64,000 nucleotides of DNA. Source: Eubacteriales bacterium. GTDB lineage: Bacteria > Bacillota > Clostridia > Oscillospirales > CAG-272. The DNA lies in assembly GCA_045543555.1 (NCBI GenBank), contig JAZQMQ010000018.1, positions 10,985 through 74,984 of the forward strand, written 5' to 3'. Shown here piece after piece: positions 36,959-44,701 of this stretch. Under the pieces are notes generated by a model. It was not told the origin of the DNA and ran no database searches. It saw only the letters and a list, made by a program, of their open reading frames with translations. A program made the translations under genes and the position numbers. The number at the start of each line of letters is the position of its first letter. Positions within the stretch are counted from its first letter, which is position 1.

Positions 36959-37813
36959 TTAATGTATCTCCTTTTTGAAGAGATTGCATGCCTCGTCGTG
37001 AGCGTGTCGCTCAAAATCGGCATACATTCTGCCTCTGGACATTGCTTCGTCAAAATCTATTTCGTAGCCGTTGAAATCAGGTCCGTCCACACAAGCAAAC
37101 TTGGTAACCTTCTTACCGTCAACGTTAAGAGTGAGTCTGCAGCCGCCGCACATTCCGGTGCCGTCGATCATAATGGGGTTCATGGAAACGGTTACCGGTG
37201 TACCGAAGGGCTTTGCTGTAGCAACTACGAATTTCATCATGATAAGCGGACCGATGGTTATGATCATATCGAATTTCTCGCCTGATTCAAGCATTTGCTT
37301 TAAGGGCAATGTAACGTTACCGTGCTCGCCGTAGGAGCCATCGTCGGTCATAATGCGGAGCGTGTCTGAGCAAGCTCTGAACTCATTTTCAAGAATGAGC
37401 AAATCCTTGTTTCTGAATCCGATGATGCTTGTTACTGTAGCCCCCATATTGTGAAGTGCTTCGGCGATGGGCATTGCGATAGCGCAGCCAACTCCGCCAC
37501 CAACGATGCAAACCTTCTTTAGCCCTTCAAGATGGGTTGCAACACCGAGAGGACCCACGAAATCCTGAATGTAGTCGCCTTCTTCCTTGTGCGAAAGCTT
37601 TTCGGTGGTAGCTCCGACTACTTGGAATATGATTTTAACGCCGCCTCTTGCGGTATCAACGCCTGCAACTGTGAGGGGGATTCTTTCCCCCGTTTCGTTA
37701 ACGCGTAAAATGATGAACTGCCCCGGCTTTGCCTTATTTGCAACCAACGGAGCTTCGATCCAAAGCTGAATAACAGTAGGATTTAAGACTTTTTTTTCTA
37801 AGATTCTGTACAT
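36959..37813 (-). CDS. nfnA: NfnA-type subunit (PyrK-like FAD/NAD-binding, 2Fe-2S)
   Basis: MYRILEKKVLNPTVIQLWIEAP...GERIPLTVAG...DGTGMCGGCR. Confidence 0.8.
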   Translation of the reverse strand: MYRILEKKVLNPTVIQLWIEAPLVANKAKPGQFIILRVNETGERIPLTVAGVDTARGGVKIIFQVVGATTEKLSHKEEGDYIQDFVGPLGVATHLEGLKKVCIVGGGVGCAIAMPIAEALHNMGATVTSIIGFRNKDLLILENEFRACSDTLRIMTDDGSYGEHGNVTLPLKQMLESGEKFDMIITIGPLIMMKFVVATAKPFGTPVTVSMNPIMIDGTGMCGGCRLTLNVDGKKVTKFACVDGPDFNGYEIDFDEAMSRGRMYADFERHAHDEACNLFKKEIH

Positions 37814-37873
37814 AATTTTCCTGTGAGTTTAAATAAATGACTTGAAAACTTATAATATATCAATCAAGTGAGA

Positions 37874-38368
37874 TCATATCTTCCACTTTTTTGATTTTTC
37901 AACGAGAATACCCGAAACGAAGCCTATCAGGAAACCTGCGATCACTCCGCTGATAAGGAGTGCGGGGAGATAGAAGGCTATTTCGGAGGTTTGCGTCCAA
38001 AAGCAAGCTGCAATTATCTGTCCTATATTGTGAAGAATACCCCCCACGATACTTACTGTAATGCAGGAAAACAGCTTGGTCTTTTTTAGTAAGATCATTC
38101 CGAGCAGACTCAAGACCGCTCCTGCGAGGCTGAAGGTTATCGTTTGAATATTTCCGAAAAGCAGCGAGACAAGGAAAATCCTGATCAGGCTTACCGTTAC
38201 CGCTTCCTTCCAACCGATTCGGTAAAGAAGAAATACGATTATCAGATTCGGCAAACCAACCTTGATACCCGGAAGTGCAACAAGCGGAGGTATTTGACTT
38301 TCAACAAACGAAAGGATCATGGCAAGTCCGATAGACAAGCCCAAAAAAGATATTTTTTTAGACTTCAT
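37874..38368 (-). CDS. Gx transporter family membrane protein (Hpre_diP_synt_I-like)
   Basis: MKSKKISFLGLSIGLAMILSFVESQIPPLVALPGIKVGLPNLIIVFLLY... with five TM helices. The start is placed at an internal ATG, since the long ORF N-terminus is non-membrane and Arg-rich. Confidence 0.7.
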   Translation of the reverse strand: MKSKKISFLGLSIGLAMILSFVESQIPPLVALPGIKVGLPNLIIVFLLYRIGWKEAVTVSLIRIFLVSLLFGNIQTITFSLAGAVLSLLGMILLKKTKLFSCITVSIVGGILHNIGQIIAACFWTQTSEIAFYLPALLISGVIAGFLIGFVSGILVEKSKKWKI

Positions 38369-38394
38369 ATGCCCCTTTCCTTTCTTTGTATTTA

Positions 38395-38748
38395 TTAACC
38401 TATAAGCTCGGGTGCGCTGTCGTCTGCTCCGTAAACCGTGACTGTTAATCGGTTGGGCAGGCAGGTTATCGTTTCGCCGGTCTGATCGATTTTGCCCTGC
38501 TTTACACACAGATGATCGGGACAGCTTGCAGAAATGAGATATGCTTTGCCTTTTTCTATTCGGAGACAGTTCGTTCCGCCGTTGAGCTCGTATTCGCCGT
38601 CCTCGGATAAGCTGTATCGTTCAACCTCTTTGCCGTCCACACGAATCACAACGTATGCTCCGTCTTTTTTTGAAAATGTTACGGCAACAATCACGATAAT
38701 TATCGCGATCAGAATGATACCAATAAGTATGAAATCATTTTTTTTCAT
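38395..38748 (-). CDS. NusG domain II-containing (DUF1312) TM-anchored protein
   Basis: An N-terminal TM is followed by VVIRVDGKEVERYSLSEDGEYEL...ASCPDHLCVKQGKI...ITCLPNRL. Confidence 0.7.
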   Translation of the reverse strand: MKKNDFILIGIILIAIIIVIVAVTFSKKDGAYVVIRVDGKEVERYSLSEDGEYELNGGTNCLRIEKGKAYLISASCPDHLCVKQGKIDQTGETITCLPNRLTVTVYGADDSAPELIG

Positions 38749-38787
38749 GTGTTTATATAAATTATTATTTTTTCTAAATCTGGTCGA

Positions 38788-39849
38788 TCATTTTCTGATC
38801 AAAATTTCAAGTCCTGCGGTATAATATTGGGTTCCGTCGCCGGTTATCCATAGTACCTCAACGTTACCTAACTTGTTCGCAAGCGCAAGTCCGTCCTCAT
38901 AGCTCATTACGAATAGAGCTGTGGACAAGGCGTCTGCTAAAGCGCTGTCGGGAGTGATTATCGTTACCGATCTGAAATGATCCGCGGGCATTAAAGTGTC
39001 CTTATCGATTATGTGGTGGTATCTTTTGCCATCGACCGAGAAAAACCTTTCATAATCTCCCGAGGTTACGCAGGACGTGTCTGAAAGTGTGAGTGTCATA
39101 GCATATTTACCGGTATCGGAAGGGTCCTTTATTCCCGTACCCCATCCTGTGCCGTCTGGCTTATGACCTATGATGCGAATGTTACCGCCGATATTGAGCA
39201 CGTAGCTGCTTGCTCCGACTGAGCGCAGATATTCCGCCGCCTTTTCAGTTGCGTATCCCTTACCTAAAGCGCCCACGTCGATGGATGCTTTCGGATCGCT
39301 TATACGGACGGTCAAATTTGTTTCATCTATTTCAAGCAGGGAAATGTCGGTGTGATCTGCCGCCTCTTTAAGAGCTTCCATTGACGGAATTGTGGCGCTT
39401 GACGGGTCATTTGCCGCTTCTGTACGGCAATCGTGCCAATGACGCAAAACTGAGCCCATCATAATGTTCACTTCGCCGCTTGTGATGTCATAAAAGCTCT
39501 TGGCATAAACGAGAAAATCGATCAGCTTTTTATCAACCTTTACAGGCTCACCGCCTGCATTCAGGTTGATTGTCTTCAGGTTGTTGACTCCTGAAAATTC
39601 ATAATAGATATTGAACAGTGCATGGTATTCCTCAAGTATGGCAGAAACGCCGTTGCAGTGTGCCTCAAAGTCCTTTTGGGACTCTTCTGCGTAGCTGTAA
39701 ACATACGAAACCGTGTCAAAAAAGGAGAAATACATCATTCCCCGAGGTTCATATTTTTCTTCCCTAATGGCAGATTTAGGGCAGCCCGTCAAAAAGACGA
39801 GCAGCCCCAAAACAATGCATAAGAAAGCGGAAGATTTGAATATCTTCAA
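38788..39849 (-). CDS. apbE: FAD:protein FMN transferase (ApbE/Ftp) lipoprotein
   Basis: Lipobox FLTGC. ApbE blocks are present: FDITSGEVNI, DVGALGKGYA, VTSGDYERFF..GKRYHHIIDP-like. Confidence 0.85.
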   Translation of the reverse strand: MKIFKSSAFLCIVLGLLVFLTGCPKSAIREEKYEPRGMMYFSFFDTVSYVYSYAEESQKDFEAHCNGVSAILEEYHALFNIYYEFSGVNNLKTINLNAGGEPVKVDKKLIDFLVYAKSFYDITSGEVNIMMGSVLRHWHDCRTEAANDPSSATIPSMEALKEAADHTDISLLEIDETNLTVRISDPKASIDVGALGKGYATEKAAEYLRSVGASSYVLNIGGNIRIIGHKPDGTGWGTGIKDPSDTGKYAMTLTLSDTSCVTSGDYERFFSVDGKRYHHIIDKDTLMPADHFRSVTIITPDSALADALSTALFVMSYEDGLALANKLGNVEVLWITGDGTQYYTAGLEILIRK

Positions 39850-39876
39850 ATTTTCGACTCCTATTAAGGTTTTAAA

Positions 39877-40965
39877 TTATCTTGCGTTGGTAGCAGCCTT
39901 AGCCATTACAGCCTTTATAGCGGTGATCTGAATGGTGCAGCCTGCAGCAAGAAGATCGGTATCTGTGGTCATCTGGTAGCCGAGAGAGTTTTCGGAGACA
40001 GCCATGTTAGCAACCTCGGTTGCGGTCATGCCGACAACGTGCTTGGAGAACGCTTCGGACTGGAGGTACCACTCAAGAACCTTACCGTCGTTGTTGGGAT
40101 CGTAGTTGGGGCCGTAGTTAACAGCGGGAGACATGTTGTATGCTTCCTTGAGGTTACGCTTGGTGTTAACGTAGGTAGCCTCAACGACCTCACCTGCGGT
40201 ATTGATGGTGATCTTGGGCTGAATTGCATCATTAAGAGCAGCGATAATCTTGCCGTCTGCAACAACTGCAGCAGCGAAATCGGAGTACATAGCAACAAGA
40301 CCGTTTTCATCGGCGGTAGCAGCAGTGGAGTCAGCAGCGCTGGTGGAAGCAGCAACACCGAGAGTGAACTTAGCTGCGGTCTTGAATGTCATACCCTGAT
40401 CATCGTTGCAAGCAGCAACAACCGCGTCTCTGAACTCATCGATCTGAATGGTACAGCCTGCAGCGAGAAGAGCCTCGTCGGTAGAGATCATATAGCCTGC
40501 GCCTGATCCTTCGGAAGCAGCAGCCTTAGTGGTCATTGCAGCGATCTCGGCAGCGGTCTTTCCTACTACGTAGTTTTCGAATGCCTTAGCCTGATCATAC
40601 CATTCCTTTACGATACCGTCGCCGTTCCAGTCCATTCCGTAGCCAAGAGCAGCAGCCATGCCGTAAGCATCGCCCTTTTCTGCTTTGGTCTGGAAGGAAG
40701 CTGTAGCATCAACAGCACCATTAGCAATATTCATTTTATTTTGAGCAACATCGATACGGCAGAGAACTATTTTACCGTCCTTGTCTGTTACGACTGTAGC
40801 AACTGTAGCATCAACCTGAGCGTTTTCGGCCGTGGAGCTTGCGGTACTTACTACTATTCCCATGCCGAGCTTGTACTCTGCTTCGGTGGTCTTTTTATTC
40901 TCGGTGCAAGCAACAACGGAGAGAGCCATTACTACACAGAGAACGAGCGCGAGGAGTTTCTTCAT
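39877..40965 (-). CDS. Lipoprotein made of two homologous halves of about 160 aa, function unknown (possible FMN_bind-like fold)
   Basis: Lipobox VVAC. Both halves end in GY.(I/M).T(D).(A/D)LLAAGCTIQI. Both also contain DGKI(V/I) and W(Y)..(A/S)(K/E)AF..(Y/H)VVG(K/M)TA.E(I/V)A.M. Confidence 0.6.
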   Translation of the reverse strand: MKKLLALVLCVVMALSVVACTENKKTTEAEYKLGMGIVVSTASSTAENAQVDATVATVVTDKDGKIVLCRIDVAQNKMNIANGAVDATASFQTKAEKGDAYGMAAALGYGMDWNGDGIVKEWYDQAKAFENYVVGKTAAEIAAMTTKAAASEGSGAGYMISTDEALLAAGCTIQIDEFRDAVVAACNDDQGMTFKTAAKFTLGVAASTSAADSTAATADENGLVAMYSDFAAAVVADGKIIAALNDAIQPKITINTAGEVVEATYVNTKRNLKEAYNMSPAVNYGPNYDPNNDGKVLEWYLQSEAFSKHVVGMTATEVANMAVSENSLGYQMTTDTDLLAAGCTIQITAIKAVMAKAATNAR

Positions 40966-41072
40966 TGTGAAATCCGTCCTTTTTGTAATAAAATGTTATA
41001 CAATACGACGCAACACCGCTTGTTTTCTTGTGTTAAAACATATAATGAATTGCAATCGAATGTATCCGATAT

Positions 41073-41101
41073 ATTTTATCATAGACAGCAAATTTTGTCA
41101 A
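41073..41101 (-). promoter_or_regulatory. Sigma-A promoter (minus strand) for the lipoprotein-apbE-...-nfnAB unit
   Basis: On the minus strand: TTGACA (41101-41096), a 17-nt spacer, TAAAAT (41078-41073). Confidence 0.6.
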
Positions 41102-41205
41102 TGGTTTTTCAAGCATTTTTGTGTTATGAAGCCTCTGAAATGGAACTTGTGGTGTTATTTATAAAAATTCCCACAAAAGCACTAAAAATAATGTTTTGCA
41201 GGCTA

Positions 41206-41234
41206 TTGAAAAAACGTTACAAATATGTTATAAT
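41206..41234 (+). promoter_or_regulatory. Sigma-A promoter immediately upstream of rnfD
   Basis: TTGAAA at 41206-41211, a 17-nt spacer, TGtTATAAT at 41226-41234. Confidence 0.65.
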
Positions 41235-41303
41235 GTGTCGAATACGCAAAACATTCATTACCGGTATATCAAATAATATTGGCAAATAAACAAGGAGAAG
41301 AAA

Positions 41304-42179
41304 ATGGATAATTTGGCGGTATCGAATTCGATTTCCCAAAACGGTGGATCCAAGGTTAGAAGAGCTATGCTTGACGTAATTATCGCTCTTTTTCCCGCGG
41401 TGATAGCCGCAATAGTGTTTTTTAAGCTTGATGCTTTAGTACTGATCTCGGTATGTGTCGTCACTGCGGTGATTTCCGAGATGGTCTTCAATTTGGTATG
41501 TAAGAGAAAACAGACGGTGTCCGATCTCAGTGCGGTCGTTACAGGTCTTTTGCTTGCACTTTCGCTCCCTGCGGACGCAACGGTGTGGCAATGTGTTGTA
41601 GGCTCGTTGTTTGCGATCGTGATTGTAAAGTGTGCATTTGGAGGAATAGGATATAATTTCGCCAATCCCTCTGTTGCGGCAAGGGTACTGCTTATCGTTG
41701 CCTTCGGAACGGCTGCTTCGGGAACTGAAGGTGAGCTCCCGTCTTACGTTGATATGCTTTTATCGAATCGCGGAGGTTTGATCGGTGAGGCGTGTGCGGC
41801 AGCACTTCTGGTTGGAGGAATATACCTTATTATCCGCAGGGCTATAAGCTGGTATGCTCCCCTTACGTACATAGTCGGGGTATTTGCGCTTTCGTTTGCT
41901 ATCACACAGGATGTAAAGCTCGCTCTTTACTATGTTGTAAGCGGAGGAGTAATGCTCGGAGCTATCTTTATGGCGTGCGATCCCGTTACCTCTCCCAAAA
42001 AGTGCTTTGGTAAGATAATTTTCGCCCTTTGCTGTGCTGTTATAACAGTGCTCATTCGTGTTTACGGCACAAATTCCGAAGGAGCAACGTTCTTTGCAAT
42101 ACTTCTTATGAATATCAGTTGCCCCTATATCGACAGAATGTTTGAGAAAAAACAGACAAATGAGGAGGTTGCAAAATAA
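41304..42179 (+). CDS. rnfD: Rnf complex subunit D (short form, 291 aa)
   Basis: DLSAVVTGLLLALSLP, KCAFGGIGYNFANPSVAAR and GEACAAALLVGGIYLI are present. The expected D..(S/T)GATPL loop is replaced by GTAASGTEGEL. Confidence 0.8.
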   Translation: MDNLAVSNSISQNGGSKVRRAMLDVIIALFPAVIAAIVFFKLDALVLISVCVVTAVISEMVFNLVCKRKQTVSDLSAVVTGLLLALSLPADATVWQCVVGSLFAIVIVKCAFGGIGYNFANPSVAARVLLIVAFGTAASGTEGELPSYVDMLLSNRGGLIGEACAAALLVGGIYLIIRRAISWYAPLTYIVGVFALSFAITQDVKLALYYVVSGGVMLGAIFMACDPVTSPKKCFGKIIFALCCAVITVLIRVYGTNSEGATFFAILLMNISCPYIDRMFEKKQTNEEVAK

Positions 42180-43396
42180 TGAAGAATAATTTGAAACCTA
42201 CCATAACGTTAAGTGCCATCTGCGTTGTTGTGGCTCTTCTTTTGTCGGTGATCAATATGATCACAGGTCCAATCATTGAGGCACAGAGAAATGCTGCGGC
42301 AAACGGTGCGCTTCTTGTTGTAATGCCCAACGGAACTGGGTTTGAGGAGCTGAATGCAGCCGAGCTCGGACTTTCGGATGCCGTAACTAACGTTTATAAG
42401 GAAACGTCAGGAAAGGGATATGTTTTCCGAGTCGTATCAAACGGATACAAGCCCGGAATGGTCGTCATGGTTGGCGTTGATTCCGATGGTAAGGTTACCG
42501 GAAGCAAATGTCTTGAGACACAGGATACCTTCGGTAAGGAACCACAGATCGATGGCAAGTATAACGGACAAACACTTGCAGATTTTTCTCCCGTAATCCT
42601 CACGGGAGCGACGATGACCAGCAATGGATATCGCGATGCAGTCAATATTGCACTTCAGTCGTTCGTTCTCGCTTCCGGCGGAAAGCTTGATCCGTCAATT
42701 GAGCTTGAGGGTAAGATTCCGGAGCTTGTTCCTGTATTCAAGGACCTTGTTGCAGTAGAGGCGTCGGGTAATATTGTTAAGGCTCTCAAGGCAAAGAACG
42801 ATACGGGATTTGCATATATAATCAAGAACGGCGAAGCATATTACGTTGCTGCTGTAAACGCTATGGGCGTATGCACGGTATATGATTCTGAAGGCAACGA
42901 CATAACCGCGGAAAGCGAAGCAATCATTGCCGAGGCTAAGGCTCACGCTGCAGCAAATCAGGTGTCCTATAATGAAGCACTTAAGAAAAATGCGGAGAGT
43001 ATGATGCCTGGTGCAACGAATTTTGCGGATGTTGAGCTTAATACGTTCAATACAGTCGTTTCTGCAGTAAGCTTTACAGTTGACGGCGCGACTTATTACG
43101 GCTTCTATTCCAGAAGCGTCGGCTTCCGCCAGATGGACGTCTTCATCATCATCGATGAGAACGGCGCGATCGCAAAGATTAACGCCAAAGAATTTATCTT
43201 CGATAAAGAATACTTTGCTAACTTTGCAGGTATGAACGTGGGAGAATATAAGGCGGGATTTGAAGGCCTTACTTCAGAAACCTGGAACGGCGATGCGGCA
43301 ATTATAGCAACTGCTACCATGACGTCCAATGCAATGAAGGAATCCACAAGCGATGCATTTGAGGCATTTAACTCGATCAAAGGAGGAGAACAGTAA
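42179..43396 (+). CDS. rnfG: Rnf complex subunit G, double length (405 aa) with two FMN-attachment-type motifs
   Basis: An N-terminal TM is present. The first motif is ILTGATMTSNGYRDAV and the second is IATATMTSNAMKEST. The start overlaps the rnfD stop (TAATG). Confidence 0.8.
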   Translation: MKNNLKPTITLSAICVVVALLLSVINMITGPIIEAQRNAAANGALLVVMPNGTGFEELNAAELGLSDAVTNVYKETSGKGYVFRVVSNGYKPGMVVMVGVDSDGKVTGSKCLETQDTFGKEPQIDGKYNGQTLADFSPVILTGATMTSNGYRDAVNIALQSFVLASGGKLDPSIELEGKIPELVPVFKDLVAVEASGNIVKALKAKNDTGFAYIIKNGEAYYVAAVNAMGVCTVYDSEGNDITAESEAIIAEAKAHAAANQVSYNEALKKNAESMMPGATNFADVELNTFNTVVSAVSFTVDGATYYGFYSRSVGFRQMDVFIIIDENGAIAKINAKEFIFDKEYFANFAGMNVGEYKAGFEGLTSETWNGDAAIIATATMTSNAMKESTSDAFEAFNSIKGGEQ

Positions 43397-44100
43397 TGAA
43401 AAACAATAAATTAGCTATACTCCTTCGCGGTATTATTACCGAAAATCCCGTACTTATCCTTATTCTCGGTACCTGTCCCACTCTTGCGGTAACAGGAAAC
43501 ATTATTTCAGCTATTTCGATGGGACTTGCGGCAACAGTGGTTTTGACCTGCTCAAACGCTGTTATTTCCGCACTTCGAAAGGTTATTCCCGACACCGTTC
43601 GAGTTCCTTGTTATATCGTCATCATTGCCGCATTCGTAACAGCGGTGCAGATGCTTCTTCAGGCATTTCTTCCTTCAATATATGAAATGCTCGGGGTATA
43701 TCTCGCCCTGATCGTCGTTAACTGCGTTATTCTCGGCAGAGCCGAAATGTTTGCACGTAAAAACACCGTAATAGATTCGATTTTCGACGGAATAGGAATG
43801 GGCGGAGGATTTATTCTGGCACTATTCCTTATGGCGTTTATCCGTGAGGTGTTTGGTGTCGGAAGCTTCGCGGGAATTGAGCTTGGCTTCATGAAGAGCT
43901 TTACAATTCCTGTTCTTGCTCAGGCCCCGGGTGGATTCTTGGTATACGGTATACTTATTGCGGTTATGAATAAGCTTACGGAAAAGAAGGGCGGAGTTAA
44001 GAAAAAGAGCTTCAGCTGTGAGGGCTGTCCATCCGCACATATTTGTCAGAAGAGTGTATGTATTGCCAAGGTAGAAAAGGAGGACGCTGAAAATGTTTAA
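43396..44100 (+). CDS. rnfE: Rnf complex subunit E with a Cys-rich C-terminal tail
   Basis: NPVLILILGTCPTLAVT is present. The tail is KKKSFSCEGCPSAHICQKSVCIAKVEKEDAENV. Confidence 0.85.
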   Translation: MKNNKLAILLRGIITENPVLILILGTCPTLAVTGNIISAISMGLAATVVLTCSNAVISALRKVIPDTVRVPCYIVIIAAFVTAVQMLLQAFLPSIYEMLGVYLALIVVNCVILGRAEMFARKNTVIDSIFDGIGMGGGFILALFLMAFIREVFGVGSFAGIELGFMKSFTIPVLAQAPGGFLVYGILIAVMNKLTEKKGGVKKKSFSCEGCPSAHICQKSVCIAKVEKEDAENV

Positions 44101-44686
44101 GGAGCTTGTACTCATACTTATGGGCGGAGTTCTCGTAAATAACTACGTCCTAAACCAGTTCCTCGGAATCTGTCCTTTCCTTGGTGTTTCAAAAAAGGTC
44201 AATCAGGCAAGCGGAATGGGCTTTGCGGTTATATTCGTTATGCTTTGTGCTACTGCAGCAACATGGCCGATACACAAATATATACTCGTTCCCCAAAAGC
44301 TTGAGTATCTTCAGACGATCGTATTTATTCTTGTGATTGCGACTCTCGTTCAGTTTGTTGAGATAGTTCTCAAGAGATATATTCCGTCGCTTCATGCATC
44401 ACTCGGAATTTACCTTCCTCTGATCACTACAAACTGCGCGGTTCTTGGTGTTACGATCAACAATATTTCGGACGGTTACAATTTCCTTGAATCTATGGTC
44501 TCATCCCTTGGTGTAGGTCTTGGATTCTTGCTGGCAATGTTGCTTTTCGCGGGTGTCCGCTCGAAGCTCGATGATTCGAATGCACCAAAATGCTTCCGCG
44601 GTCTTCCCGTTACACTTATTTCCGCGTCTATAGTTGCTATGGCATTCTATGGATTTGCAGGAATCGTTGAAAAGCTGTTGGCATAA
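44093..44686 (+). CDS. rnfA: Rnf complex subunit A
   Basis: NNYVLNQFLGICPFLGVS and LITTNCAVLGV. Confidence 0.85.
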   Translation: MFKELVLILMGGVLVNNYVLNQFLGICPFLGVSKKVNQASGMGFAVIFVMLCATAATWPIHKYILVPQKLEYLQTIVFILVIATLVQFVEIVLKRYIPSLHASLGIYLPLITTNCAVLGVTINNISDGYNFLESMVSSLGVGLGFLLAMLLFAGVRSKLDDSNAPKCFRGLPVTLISASIVAMAFYGFAGIVEKLLA

Positions 44687-44701
44687 GGAGGTAGGTATAT
44701 T

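Noticed and set aside
40966-41303. A possible degraded rnfC between the lipoprotein gene and rnfD
   Set aside because: All six frames are AT-rich with frequent stops and no Cys-motif or GGxGxxFP-like remnants. The region contains two good divergent promoters, so it is a genuine intergenic regulatory region.
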